A DNA stretch of 27,486 nucleotides from Candidatus Moanibacter sp. Its GTDB lineage: Bacteria > Verrucomicrobiota > Verrucomicrobiia > Opitutales > UBA2987. A program made the translations under genes and the position numbers. Location: assembly GCA_965215885.1 (NCBI GenBank), contig CBDCEW010000001.1, forward strand, positions 1 to 27,486, read 5' to 3'. Of this stretch, positions 16,632-27,104 are shown piece by piece (position 1 is the first letter of the stretch; each line of letters starts with the position of its first letter). A model generated the notes under the pieces. It ran no database searches. It was not told the origin of the DNA and saw nothing but the letters and a program-made list of their open reading frames with translations.

Positions 16632-19157
16632 ATGAAAAGAGAAAAGAACACGGCGGACCGCTTTGGTGAAGGCAAGAAGAAGAGGGGAGATCGGTTGCGG
16701 TATGTGGGTGGAGTAATCCTATTTGCTCTACTCTATGATCTATTAGCGGGAATTGCCTTTGAATTTTTCTCAGAGGAAACGCATATTCCCCTGATCTGGA
16801 TACCGGGAGGCTTCAGTTTAGGCGTCTTATTACGATTTGGCTTGCGGTACTGGCCTGGAATCATTCTGGCGATTCTGGCTCCCTCCTATTACTATACAGC
16901 TTCGGCAGGGTTTACCCTCGGAATCGCAGCTAATAACACCTTTACAGCAATACTTGGAGCCGTTATGTTGCGTTCGGTTGCGGGTTTTGATGTGCGGATG
17001 CGGCGCGTGCGCGATGTCGTCTCGCTAATTGTCGTTGGCGCCTTCCTGATGACATCTGCGAGCGCATTGGCGAGTACGCTGCAGTTCACCCTGGTTCACG
17101 GTGAATACGCGTGGGCTGAGCTTCTCAGGCACATTGGTTTCTGGTGGCTATCCGATGCTTCAGGTGTGCTTCTTGTAACTCCTCTCGTTCTGCTCTTTCC
17201 CTTACATCTCAAGGATATTCGCTTTCTGGAACGAGGTCGAAAGCGGAGCTTGGAGTTGGTATTCGTCCTCTTCTGCCTCCTGGTGAGCTCTTTTCTCGCC
17301 TTTCACAACAGAGCGGTGTGGGGAGCCGATACAAATCCCGTGACTCTCTTACCATTCTCCTGCCTGGTTTGGATAGCATTGCGGTATGGTCAGAATTGGG
17401 CTTCGGTGGCCTGTTTCCTAGCCTGCCTAATCGCGGTGGGCGGAACGATTGGCGCTGAAGGAACCCTCGTTGGGGGTGATCTGGAGTCGGAAGCCGCCTC
17501 GCTGTGGACATTTATCGTGATCGCTACGATCACGCAATTGGTGGTGTCCACTGCGTTCAATGAGATGAGAGGGACAGAGAGGTCCCTTCGGGAAAGCGAA
17601 TCTCGTTATCGTGGCCTCTTTGAAAACTCTCCGATTTCCTTGTGGGAAGAGGACTTTTCAGCTGTGAAGGAATACATCGACAGTGTGAGGGCGAAAGGGG
17701 TGGTGGATTTCAGGAGCTACTTCGAAGAAAATCCTGAATCCGTAAATGAGTGTATCAATCGAATACGGGTCATCGATGTAAATGAAACTGCCCTGACTAT
17801 GAATGCCGCGGCAGATAAAGAGCAACTTAAGAATAATCTGGAGCGACTTTTTGAGGAGGACACGATGGATACTCTACGAGAAGAACTGATCACGTTGGCC
17901 GAAGGTAAGACACAATATGAAGGCGAGATGCGGGTCAGGCGGATGTCGGGAAGAAAAGCTACCGATTTCATCCATCTCTCGATTGCACCGGGCTACGAAG
18001 AGACCTGGTCGAAGGTCTTTCTCTCGGCGATTGACATAACGGAAAGAAAGAACGCCGAGACCTCACTTCGCGAAAGTGAGACGCGATTACAGATGGCGTT
18101 AGACTCTCTGGAAGGCGGAATCTGGACGAATCTAGTGCAGGAAAACGTAAGCTACTTTAGTCCCGGCTTGCGAAAAATGCTGGGACTGGAAAAGGATGAA
18201 GTGAGGAACCATCACAGTACCTGGGAAGATGCTCTTCACCCCGATGAAAAAGAGAGAGTCTTGCGGGCACTTGAAGATCATCTCAATGGTGTCACGAAAG
18301 CTTTCTATTCGGAACACAGGATGAAGACAAAAACCGGTGAGTGGATATGGGTCCTTGATCGGGGGCAGGTGACCGATTGGGACGAAGAAGGGAAACCGGT
18401 TCGCATGATGGGAACGGACATCAACATAACCGAACGAAAAAGAGTGGAAGAATTGCTTCGCAGACAGAATCAGCTCGTCGAAGAGGAACTGGAAGGGCTC
18501 AAAGAGCGGCTTGTGCGTCAGACCCGCCTCGCCGCCATCGGTCAGGTAGCGGCGAGTATTGCACACGACCTCAGGAATCCTCTGGGGGCGATAAGAAATG
18601 CCGGGTTTTTCCTCAGGAAACGAAAACCGGACAGCAATCCGGTGTGGGACGAGTATCTCGAGATCATTGAACATGAAATCAAGACCTCGAATCACATAAT
18701 CAACAATCTGATGGATATGAGCAGGTCCAGAGAACCGGTCATTGAACAAATGCCCTTGCATTCCGCGATATCGGACGCATTTGAGCGGATATTTAAGAAC
18801 ACGGAAGTGAATTTGCGGTGTCGGCTAGAACCTGAGACATTCGAGCTCTCCGCCGACCCAAACCAGTTTCGACAAGTCTTGTTGAATCTGATGGATAACA
18901 GCCTTCAGGCGACGAAGGGAAGAGGCAACCTTACGATCGAGGCTAAGCACAACGGCAATTTTGATATTCTCACAATCCGCAATGACGGGCCCCCGGTGCC
19001 AATGGAACTCAGGGACAAGATTTTCGAACCGCTCTTTACGACAAAAGCTAAAGGTATTTTGATTCTCGGAGCATTAGGTGATCGCTATCGCTCGACTTAT
19101 GATAAGTCGAAGACGAAATCATCACAGAGTGAACGGGATTGGACTGGGCGACGATGA
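16632..19157 (+). CDS. Sensor histidine kinase (MASE1 - PAS - PAS_3 - HisKA - HATPase_c); C-terminus corrupted after ~19056
   Basis: MASE1 motifs (IWIPGG, WWLSDASGVLLVTPL), PAS/PAC (RYRGLFENSPISLWEEDFS, DITERK, LHPDE, WIWVLDRG, NITERK), H-box SIAHDLRNPL, N-box QVLLNLMDNS and F-box IFEPLFTTK. The G2 box is missing in frame. Likely start is ATG 16632, not TTG 16365. Confidence 0.88.
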   Translation: MKREKNTADRFGEGKKKRGDRLRYVGGVILFALLYDLLAGIAFEFFSEETHIPLIWIPGGFSLGVLLRFGLRYWPGIILAILAPSYYYTASAGFTLGIAANNTFTAILGAVMLRSVAGFDVRMRRVRDVVSLIVVGAFLMTSASALASTLQFTLVHGEYAWAELLRHIGFWWLSDASGVLLVTPLVLLFPLHLKDIRFLERGRKRSLELVFVLFCLLVSSFLAFHNRAVWGADTNPVTLLPFSCLVWIALRYGQNWASVACFLACLIAVGGTIGAEGTLVGGDLESEAASLWTFIVIATITQLVVSTAFNEMRGTERSLRESESRYRGLFENSPISLWEEDFSAVKEYIDSVRAKGVVDFRSYFEENPESVNECINRIRVIDVNETALTMNAAADKEQLKNNLERLFEEDTMDTLREELITLAEGKTQYEGEMRVRRMSGRKATDFIHLSIAPGYEETWSKVFLSAIDITERKNAETSLRESETRLQMALDSLEGGIWTNLVQENVSYFSPGLRKMLGLEKDEVRNHHSTWEDALHPDEKERVLRALEDHLNGVTKAFYSEHRMKTKTGEWIWVLDRGQVTDWDEEGKPVRMMGTDINITERKRVEELLRRQNQLVEEELEGLKERLVRQTRLAAIGQVAASIAHDLRNPLGAIRNAGFFLRKRKPDSNPVWDEYLEIIEHEIKTSNHIINNLMDMSRSREPVIEQMPLHSAISDAFERIFKNTEVNLRCRLEPETFELSADPNQFRQVLLNLMDNSLQATKGRGNLTIEAKHNGNFDILTIRNDGPPVPMELRDKIFEPLFTTKAKGILILGALGDRYRSTYDKSKTKSSQSERDWTGRR

Positions 19158-21125
19158 AAGGCAAGAGGCTGACGAACCAGTTGCCTGCATGCAGCAAGAA
19201 TTCTGGCTGCGAGAGTGAGTTAGCGCGATCATCCATCGGTGTTCATCGACGGAGCGATCCTTGGGGTAATGATTTTTATTTTCGATCGACCAATGGTTGC
19301 GAGGCTGCGAGAGGAACAGTTGAAGGCTCAATATCGGTGACGGATACGAGACTGCTTACGTAGTAAGAGCGTTCAGAGAAGGTTGAAGCTTTGTTAGGCT
19401 AATGGAAGGTGCGTCTTTACACAGGCGAACTGGCGGGCAAAGCGCAGGCCGATTGCAAAAGTAACTGCTTAGAGAATGGGTTGCTATTTGACGTATTTCC
19501 AGTCGCCCATGGTCATTGTCCAACGGATCGGTGCGTGAAAAAGGGGGTGGAGCTGAACGAGATTCTGAGCGTATTGATGCATGATGGGCTGCATTACCCA
19601 GAATTTAAAAAACAGAAAACAGCGCTGAAATTCTTCGACGACGATGTGGGCAGTTTCCCCGAGAGTATCGCATGGCGTCGAAGGTGAAGGTGGAGCCGTC
19701 CAAAACTGGGAAACCGTCGCAAGAGAGTCAGGTAGAGCGATGATCGCGTTGGATCGTATCGGCGGTCGGCGACTTGGGCTAAGGTCCGAGCGCTATGGTG
19801 ACCGAAAGTCGGCCACCAGGTGCAAAGCCTTTGATTCTTCAGGTGTTTGTGGCTGTGACCGTCTTGCCGATCGAAGTGCAACCTGTCGCGGCGCAAATAG
19901 GCGGGTTGGGCAAGCAGATGAATTCGGCGAGGGTTTAAGTCGAAGAGCTCAGCCATGGTACGTTTCGCAAGACCCGATAGAAGACATCATAGAAAGAGTT
20001 TGAGTCTTATCAGAGGCCTGTTCGTGATGGTGTTCGTCTCTTGAAACCTCAGGCGCGCATTTCGGTTCTTCAATCTTCTGGAGATGATGGGCCAGGCGCA
20101 CGATGCCCAAGGAAGAGTCAGTTTGCCGCACATCGTGCCGAGCATACTCATGGTCAGGACAGTTCGCCAGCCCCAGGTATCTAAGCCACCAGCTTGAGTG
20201 AGGGCGGGAGCACCGGCAATACCGATTGAAGCGTTCCGACAGGCTTCTCATTTATTCCACTTTGAGCAGTGCCCCTCCTGCTCATAGTTATCGGTTTGAT
20301 TCAGCGCCTGGCTAAGTGCCGAGGGCAATGGCCCTAGAGGCTGCGCAAAAACGCTCAAGGGCATTAGGCCTTGAGCGGTTTGATCAACATCTGCTTGGGA
20401 CGCTGGTTCCGTTGAGGGAAATCTTCAGCATCATGGCCGGCCCGATATCCCAAGCTCAAGCTCCAAGGTGCGAACCACCCATTTCGCGCTCGATCGCATC
20501 GTGCCCAGGATTCCAATCTGTGGGAGCGCCCCAACGTTTCCGCTACTAAAGGAAGATAGCCCCAAAAGCCTCCAACCTAGTGACCGTCTAAGACTGGGAA
20601 GGCACCTCCCCAACGAGCTTGGAGGCCAAATTTGCCGCGGTCCAGGAAAGGCAAGCATCAGCAAACGCCGGCATCCGTAGATGACCAGTTTCAACCGTGT
20701 GCCGTTGAAGCCCCGTCCCACCCGATTCGTTGCGTCTCGAAACTCATTGAAGGCAGAGTAGAAAACGATCTTCCCGGGCTAGAGCAGGCCTGTCGGACTT
20801 TGTCCGTCGGATCTGCTGTGCACAGTAGCGCAGGGTCTCCTCCTGACAGGCTGCCTTGCACTGTGTAAATAATGATCGGTGGTGGAATCGATCCGTGAAT
20901 CGCACGAATGCACCTAGAAAGCAGCAGCGCAGACGCAAAATCGCAAAGCGAAGTCTATCGACAGGATTCCTAGTTGCGTACGGTTTCGGCGAGCGCTTCC
21001 TCCCATCTTAACATGACTGATTCCCCGGGTTTGTTTAGCTCTTCCATTATCTTCTTGCTTATCGCTAGTGGCGTCCTGGATAACTCGCGATAGAATCCTG
21101 GTACGACATTGCTAGAGGGACTGGT
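19057..21125. repeat. Indel-riddled direct tandem copy of ~21120-22760 (kinase 3' end, whole MFS gene, pilB 3' end); probable long-read assembly artefact
   Basis: Collinear anchors: gattggactgggcgacga (19137/21174), gagagtgagttagcgcg (19211/21228), gtggtgttcgtctcttgaaacctca-like (20027/21837), gaaactcattgaaggcagag (20739/22419), gataactcgcgatagaatcc (21080/22710). Confidence 0.9.
19220..20747 (-). pseudogene. Garbled duplicate of the MFS transporter gene
   Basis: Short in-frame islands are near-identical to the MFS protein (QKIEEPK..EVSRDEHHHE, LAQPAY, ADRRYD, SSAKWVVRT) with no continuous frame. Confidence 0.7.
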
Positions 21126-21141
21126 CCAGGACTCGCTACTC

Positions 21142-21240
21142 GCTCGACAGATAATCGAAGGACATGGAGGAACGATTGGACTGGGCGACGAGAAAGGCAA
21201 GGGCACGGCATTTTGCATACAGTTGCCGAGAGTGAGTTAG
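21142..21240 (+). other. Displaced true C-terminus of the histidine kinase HATPase domain
   Basis: Reads ARQIIEGHGGTIGLGDEKGKGTAFCIQLPRVS-stop, the canonical HATPase_c tail. It is preceded by a noisy GxGLGLA-like stretch. Confidence 0.85.
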
Positions 21241-22427
21241 CGCGTATCCATGGTGTTCATGACGGAGCGACCTTGGGAGGCGAAGAGAATGGCGGAGGCT
21301 GCAAGGACAGTAAGGAATACGGTGACGGATACGGCGAGGTAAACGGCAGAGATTGAAGCTGTAGGCTATAATGCTCTTTACACCCCAAACAGAAAGCGAG
21401 CCGATTCTCAAAAGTAACTGTAAATTTCAATCCGTAACCAGTACTGCGCCAACGATCGGGCGTGAACCGAGCAACGAGACTGTTTTCGATGGGCTGCATA
21501 CCCAGAATAAAAAACAGTAAACCCGCTGAAATTCCGAGGAGGGAACCCCCGAGAGTATCGCCATACCAAGCAAGAAAGGAAAACTGAAACCGTGAAAGAG
21601 CAGGTAGAGGATACGCAGATCGTAGCGGTCGGCGAGTCGCCCTCCGACGTATTGACCGAAAGTCCCAATAAAGAAGACCAGGGCAACGTGTCTGGTACCG
21701 TAACGCGATGACCGGTTGAACCTGTTCGTCGAAATAGGCGGGTTGGGCAACAGTTATTGCGCGGTAAGTAAGACCAGCCATGGTCATCGCGACCATGAGG
21801 ATAAGAAAGAGTTTGAGTCTTTCAGAGGGTTCGTGATGGTGTTCGTCTCTTGAAACCTCACCGGATTTCGGTTCTTCAATCTTCTGGAATGATACAGCCA
21901 GCCCAAGGAAGAGCAGGAGAAGGCCCATACTCAGGTAGGCAGTTCGCCAGCCCCAGGTATTTGCCACCAGTTGAGTGAGGGCGGGAGCACCGGCAATACC
22001 GATGTTTCCGAAAATTCCATTTATTCCAAGAGCAGTGCCCCTCCTGCTCATAGTACGGGTGATCAGGCTTAAGCCCGAGGGATGGTAGAGGCTGGCAAAA
22101 ACGCCAATCAAGGCCAGAGCGAGGATCAACATTGTTCCTGGTTCCGCGAGGGAAACCAGCATCATGGCCGGCCCGATTCCAAGAACTCCGGTGCGAACCA
22201 CCCATTTCGCGCTCGATCGATCGGTCAGGATTCCAACGGGGAGCGCCCCAATTCCAAAAAGGAAGAAGCCCCAAAAACTTCCAACCTAAAACCGTCTCGA
22301 TGGGAAGGCCCTCCTCCCGAGCGAGGGAAATTGCCGCGGTAGGAAAGGCAAGCATGGCAAAGTGGCATCCGAGATGACCGACACCGGTGAGTTGAAGGGT
22401 ATTGCGTTCGTTGCGTGAGAAACTCAT
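21237..22427 (-). CDS. MFS transporter with several frameshifts (probably sequence errors)
   Basis: Stitching ORF pieces gives MSFSRNERNTLQLTGVGHLGCHFAMLAFP.. / GILTDRSSAK.. / ASLYHPSGLSLI..RGTALGINGIFGNIGIAGAP..WGWRTAY.. / GQYVGGRLADRYDLR.. / QPIENSLVARFTPDRWRSTGYG. The ATG 22427 to TAA 21237 span is 1191 bp (397 codons), typical of a 12-TM MFS. Confidence 0.8.
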
Positions 22428-22575
22428 TGAAGGCAGAGAGAAAACGATCTTCCCGGGCTACTGAGCCTGTCGGACTTTGTCCTCGGATTGCGTGTGCAAG
22501 TACCAAATCTCCTCCGACAGGCTCCTTGCTGGAAGATAATCGGTGGTGGAATCGGCCGTGATCCACGAATCGCAC

Positions 22576-24906
22576 CTAGAAAGCATGCATTTGCGCTCCG
22601 CAAAATCGCAAAGCGAAGTCCGACAGGATTCCTAGGCGACGGTTTCGGCGAAAGCGCTTCCTCCTCTTCGACGGCCGGTCTCTCCATTGATCTCTACGGT
22701 GGCGTCCTAGATAACTCGCGATAGAATCCGGTACGACATTGGAGAGGGATTCCAGGACTGTTGTGATTCCCTCTCGCACTTTGAGGAGGCTGTCCTGATG
22801 GAGGGTCTTCATTTGGGCGGTATTCCGCGCAATTTCCTTGATAACAGCGGTCTCCGCGCCCTCATTGATGGCCTTGACCAGTTCATCACTGCTCGTCATC
22901 AATTCGTGGACACCGACACGGCCTTTATAGCCGATTCCGCCGCACATCGGGCAACCATCATCGCCGGCCTTAACAATCTGCCCCGTCCAGTTCAACGCTT
23001 TGAGCATGATCGCCTGCTCGTTGCCTGTCGGTTCGTAGGGAACCTTGCAGTTCTTGCATACCCGGCGCATAAGTCGCTGGGCGCAGACAACGAGGAGCGA
23101 GGCCGAAATCATGAACGGTTCAATATCCATATCTGTGAAACGAGCTATGGTGCTGGAAGCATCGTTGGTATGGAGTGTACTCAAGAGCAAGTGCCCGGTA
23201 AGGGCGGCTTCGATTGCGATCTCAGCTGTTTCCTGGTCACGAATTTCCCCGACTAGAATAACGTCGGGATCCATTCGCAGATAGCAGCGTAGGGCAGCGG
23301 CGAAGGTGAGCCCGATCTGCTTATGCATTTGCATCTGGTTGATCCCCGGGATGGTATACTCGATCGGGTCCTCCGCCGTCTGAACGTTGATCTCCGGATT
23401 GGCAACCTCGCGCAAGGCAGAGAAGAGCGTCATCGATTTTCCCGAACCGGTCGGACCGCAGTGCAGGATCATCCCATATGGTTGTTTGATACAATCCCGG
23501 TATCTGACAAGGTTTCCCTGGGAGAAACCCAAGGCCGTAATGGGCAGAGCAGACTTACTCTTGTCGAGGATACGCATAACGATTTTTTCACCAAAATTCA
23601 TCGGGCCGGTTGCGACACGGAGGTCGATATCGATGTTCTTTTTGGTAAATTTCTTAAAGACGATACGCCCATCCTGAGGAAGACGTTTTTCCGCGATATC
23701 GAGGTCGGCCATGACTTTAAGTCTGGCACTGAGCGCTCCCGCGACGGCCTTGGGAAGTTTCAATTTTTCGTTACAGATACCGTCAATCCGATAGCGAACG
23801 ATAAGATCCCCTTCCTGGGGCTCTATATGAATATCGCTTGCTCCTGAAACGTAAGCGTCTTCGACAATACGGTTGGCCAATTGGATGATCGGGGCGGAGT
23901 CTTCGCTGTCCATGTCATCAGGGTTAATATCGCCGTCACCGCCGCCACTGGCATATTCCTCACCGATGACGTCGGCCAATTCCGACATATCAGAATCGAC
24001 CTGGGGCCCCTCTTCGGCCGAACTGTCCGCAACAAAATACTGCTTGAGGAACTTATCAATAAGTGAGGACGGCGCCACCGAGACTTCCTCAACGAAGAGT
24101 TCGGTGGCGGTATGAAAACTCTCACGTCGCGGATAATCGAGGGGATTGGACATGAGGGCTGCGACACTGGTCGGTGTCAGTCTTTTATACGGAAAGACGC
24201 CTTCTCGGCGGATAACTGAATCGCCGACCACTTCAATCAATTTTTCGTCGATCGTGATTTCCTCTTCGCTCGAAACAAGAGGACAGTCCGTGTAGCGGGC
24301 GACGAACTTAGCGGTCTCTCTGTCATCAATTTCGAATTTCGGATCGAGCATGCGCTGAAGTAAAGGAGCGGAATACTCCGCCACTTCCTCGACAACACGC
24401 AGGTCCTCCTGTGCGAACTCGCGAGTGGGCGCATCCGGTTCCTTGTTCAAGACTTGAATAGCGCCGATTACTTTCGAGGTCTTCAAAGGCACCGTGAGCA
24501 TTGATGTGACGTCAAAGCCGGTATTTTTCGCCATGGAGTACATGGCCTCGCTATTTTCCGATTTGGAGAAGAAAGCAGCTTCGCCGGATTCGATACAAGC
24601 ACCGACCACACCGGTGCCGGTCGGAATTTTGAGATCTAAGAGCTTTTCTTTCTTGGCATCAAACTCCTGCTCTCTCTCCGGAGCGTTGTCCCACAAGGTG
24701 GGAGAGTAATAAACGTGCTTAAACGCGATCTGATTCCCCTCGACGAGGTAAAGAGTCATTGATTGGGCCTCGAGGGCTTCGACAACTTTGCTCGATGTCA
24801 ATTCGATTACAGAGCTGACGTCCTCCCGACTGGGTTGAGGCTTGGAAATGACCTTAATAAGAAGCGTTCTTCTTAAAGTTCCTGAGATACCTGAACCTGC
24901 AATCAT
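22576..24906 (-). CDS. pilB: Type IV pilus / T2SS assembly ATPase (PilB/GspE family) with N-terminal GAF domain
   Basis: [26 protein letters not shown], Walker A GPTGSGKS, Asp box TAEDPIEY, Walker [11 protein letters not shown], His box [11 protein letters not shown] and tetracysteine CKNC/CPMC. GAF signature [18 protein letters not shown]...[10 protein letters not shown]. The last ~45 aa lie in the error-prone region and are unreliable. Confidence 0.9.
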   Translation of the reverse strand: MIAGSGISGTLRRTLLIKVISKPQPSREDVSSVIELTSSKVVEALEAQSMTLYLVEGNQIAFKHVYYSPTLWDNAPEREQEFDAKKEKLLDLKIPTGTGVVGACIESGEAAFFSKSENSEAMYSMAKNTGFDVTSMLTVPLKTSKVIGAIQVLNKEPDAPTREFAQEDLRVVEEVAEYSAPLLQRMLDPKFEIDDRETAKFVARYTDCPLVSSEEEITIDEKLIEVVGDSVIRREGVFPYKRLTPTSVAALMSNPLDYPRRESFHTATELFVEEVSVAPSSLIDKFLKQYFVADSSAEEGPQVDSDMSELADVIGEEYASGGGDGDINPDDMDSEDSAPIIQLANRIVEDAYVSGASDIHIEPQEGDLIVRYRIDGICNEKLKLPKAVAGALSARLKVMADLDIAEKRLPQDGRIVFKKFTKKNIDIDLRVATGPMNFGEKIVMRILDKSKSALPITALGFSQGNLVRYRDCIKQPYGMILHCGPTGSGKSMTLFSALREVANPEINVQTAEDPIEYTIPGINQMQMHKQIGLTFAAALRCYLRMDPDVILVGEIRDQETAEIAIEAALTGHLLLSTLHTNDASSTIARFTDMDIEPFMISASLLVVCAQRLMRRVCKNCKVPYEPTGNEQAIMLKALNWTGQIVKAGDDGCPMCGGIGYKGRVGVHELMTSSDELVKAINEGAETAVIKEIARNTAQMKTLHQDSLLKVREGITTVLESLSNVVPDSIASYLGRHRRDQWRDRPSKRRKRFRRNRRLGILSDFALRFCGAQMHAF

Positions 24907-25084
24907 AGCTAGTATAGTGGTTTATGTTTCAGTTAATAAAGTAGCACTTTCCCAAAGAGATGGTTTGGGAAGTCAATCTATTGATGGACACTTTCTTCTT
25001 ACTGATATAATTACAGGTTTTCTTACTAAAATAAACACAAAATTTCAAAATTGCTGGGAGGCGATTCAAGGAGGCCTGAAGCGT

Positions 25085-25114
25085 GAGACAATATTCCACA
25101 AGCCATTGTATAAT
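25085..25114 (+). promoter_or_regulatory. Candidate sigma-70 promoter for yraN-zwf-opcA
   Basis: Perfect TATAAT at 25109-25114 with GAGACA (4/6 match to TTGACA) 18 bp upstream, inside an AT-rich divergent intergenic region. Confidence 0.4.
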
Positions 25115-25564
25115 AGAACTTTAAGATTCATCAGTAGGGTTTTTCGAGGAAGAAGGCGGGCGCCTGGGAGCAGGCAAGAAACCGGGAGTTGGGGTGAAAA
25201 GCAGGCAGAAAAGCACCTCAAGAAAGAGAAAAACTTCACGATAGTGGGGAGGAATTGGCGCCACCGTCGAGATGAAGTGGACCTGGTGGGTTGGGATGAA
25301 GGGGTCCTCGTCTTTGTTGAAGTGCGTACCCGAAGGGCGGAAGCGCTGGTAGCGGGCTTCTATAGTGTAAAAAAGGATAAGAAGCGGGGTCTTCGACGGG
25401 TGTGTAAGGCGTATCTCTCTGGTCTTGCGGAGGCACCGAAACACTTTCGATTTGATATTGTGGAAGTGAGATATAGCAGTATAGAGAAATTCACCGTAAA
25501 TCACTATGAGAATATCCCATTGTTTGGAAAAGGGTATCATCCGACGGGAGTGGTGAATGGCTGA
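25106..25564 (+). CDS. yraN: YraN (UPF0102) family PD-(D/E)xK nuclease-like protein
   Basis: G.WGE..A..HL, RNWR....EVDLV, LVFVEVRTR and RFDIVEV. Start uncertain; TTG 25106 is the nearest canonical start upstream of the conserved N-terminus. Confidence 0.88.
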   Translation: MYNRTLRFISRVFRGRRRAPGSRQETGSWGEKQAEKHLKKEKNFTIVGRNWRHRRDEVDLVGWDEGVLVFVEVRTRRAEALVAGFYSVKKDKKRGLRRVCKAYLSGLAEAPKHFRFDIVEVRYSSIEKFTVNHYENIPLFGKGYHPTGVVNG

Positions 25565-27104
25565 TGAGATAAGGCATCCATTCTTGAAGGGGCTGAGCAA
25601 ACACCGGGGAGCGCCGCCCTCAATGATTGTGATTTTTGGTGCGTCGGGTGATCTGACGGCGCGGAAACTGATCCCGGCCATCTATAATCTAAGCGTGGAC
25701 AGTCTCCTGCCGGCTGATTTTCGGTTGATCGGCTTTGGGAGAAAGAAGATGACAGATGCGGAGTTTCGGAAAGGAGCCGAAAATTCAATCGAGAAATACT
25801 CCAGGCGCCCACTCAATCGCGATATTTGGGAGCGCCTGTCCGAAAATGCCGTTTATCATGCCGGCGGCTATGATGATCTCGGCGCATTCCAATTGCTCAG
25901 CGAGAAGATCGCAAGAATCGAGAAGGATTTTGGGAGGGATATGCAGACGTTGTTTTATGTCTCTACGCCGCCATCAACTTTTAAACCGATACTGCAGAAT
26001 CTCGGGGCGAGCGGTCTGGCCAAACGGCATCTCCACACGGAATTAGCTTCAAAAGTGGTTGTGGAAAAACCATTTGGGCGAGACCTGCGTAGTGCGCGCG
26101 AGTTGAACAGGGTTATAAACGAGGAATTTGATGAGAGCCAGGTATACCGCATCGATCACTATCTGGGAAAAGAGACGGTGCAGGATCTTCTGGTGCAGCG
26201 GTTCGCAAACGCCATCTTTGAGCCGATCTGGAATCGAGAGTACGTGGAGTGCATCCAGATTACGGTAGCGGAGGATATCGGGGTTGGGAATCGAGGGGGA
26301 TATTATGACGGGAACGGTGCTCTGAGGGACATGATCCAGAACCATACGATGCAACTGCTCGCTCTCACTGCAATGGAACCGCCGGTATCGTTGGACCCGG
26401 AAGCGATTCGGGATGAGAAGGTAAAGGTGCTAAAAGGGATTCAACCGCTCACTTTGAAATCGGAGGGGGGCGAGGTGGTTCGCGCGCGTTATAAGGAAGG
26501 GATCATTGGGGGCAGGAAAGTGAACGGGTACGTGCAGGAAGAGGAAATCGCGCCCGACTCTTCCACCGAGACCTATGCGGCGCTGATTCTCTCTATCAAT
26601 AATTGGCGGTGGAAAGGGGTGCCATTTTATGTGCGCTCGGGCAAACGCATGGCCCGGAGGGTCAGTGAGATTACGGTGCAATTCAGGCGCCCGCCGGGGG
26701 TGCTGTTTACGGAAGGAGACAGATTTGATGTCGCTTCCAACACAATGGTAATCCGAATACAGCCGGATGAGGGAATCACCCTTCTAATGAATTCGAAGGT
26801 TCCCGGATTGGAGACACGCACGCAGCCGGTGAAATTGCACTTTCGCTATGCCACAACCTATGGCTCAAACACACCGGAAGCCTACGAGCGCCTTATCCTG
26901 GATGCCATGATTGCCGACAGCACGTTATTTATTCGAGGAGACGAGACGGAAGAGTCGTGGAGAATCATAACTCCTATTCTTGAATTCTGGGAAGAGTGCG
27001 GCAAACGCGGCCTTGAAACCTACGTGGCTGGCTCCTGGGGGCCGCTCGCCGCGGAGAGACTCCTTTGGGAAAAGGGCCACAATTGGAGGCGGTCGGGGCC
27101 GTGA
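25557..27104 (+). CDS. zwf: Glucose-6-phosphate 1-dehydrogenase
   Basis: GASGDLTARKLIPA, EKPFG, RIDHYLGKETVQ, GALRDMIQNH, RWKGVPFYVRSGKR and AYERLILD. Confidence 0.97.
   Translation: MADEIRHPFLKGLSKHRGAPPSMIVIFGASGDLTARKLIPAIYNLSVDSLLPADFRLIGFGRKKMTDAEFRKGAENSIEKYSRRPLNRDIWERLSENAVYHAGGYDDLGAFQLLSEKIARIEKDFGRDMQTLFYVSTPPSTFKPILQNLGASGLAKRHLHTELASKVVVEKPFGRDLRSARELNRVINEEFDESQVYRIDHYLGKETVQDLLVQRFANAIFEPIWNREYVECIQITVAEDIGVGNRGGYYDGNGALRDMIQNHTMQLLALTAMEPPVSLDPEAIRDEKVKVLKGIQPLTLKSEGGEVVRARYKEGIIGGRKVNGYVQEEEIAPDSSTETYAALILSINNWRWKGVPFYVRSGKRMARRVSEITVQFRRPPGVLFTEGDRFDVASNTMVIRIQPDEGITLLMNSKVPGLETRTQPVKLHFRYATTYGSNTPEAYERLILDAMIADSTLFIRGDETEESWRIITPILEFWEECGKRGLETYVAGSWGPLAAERLLWEKGHNWRRSGP

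Noticed and set aside
19139..21218. Many short ORFs as a cluster of novel small genes
   Set aside because: They are frames through a noisy copy of the kinase/MFS/pilB segment.
21237..22427. Programmed frameshifting or true pseudogenisation of the MFS gene
   Set aside because: Multiple shifts cluster in the error-prone duplicated zone with no consistent slippery site; sequence error is more parsimonious, though not proven.
24842..25105. N-terminal extension of YraN in the 240-aa ORF
   Set aside because: It overlaps the pilB start on the opposite strand and crosses the AT-rich intergenic region; YraN proteins are ~120-150 aa.
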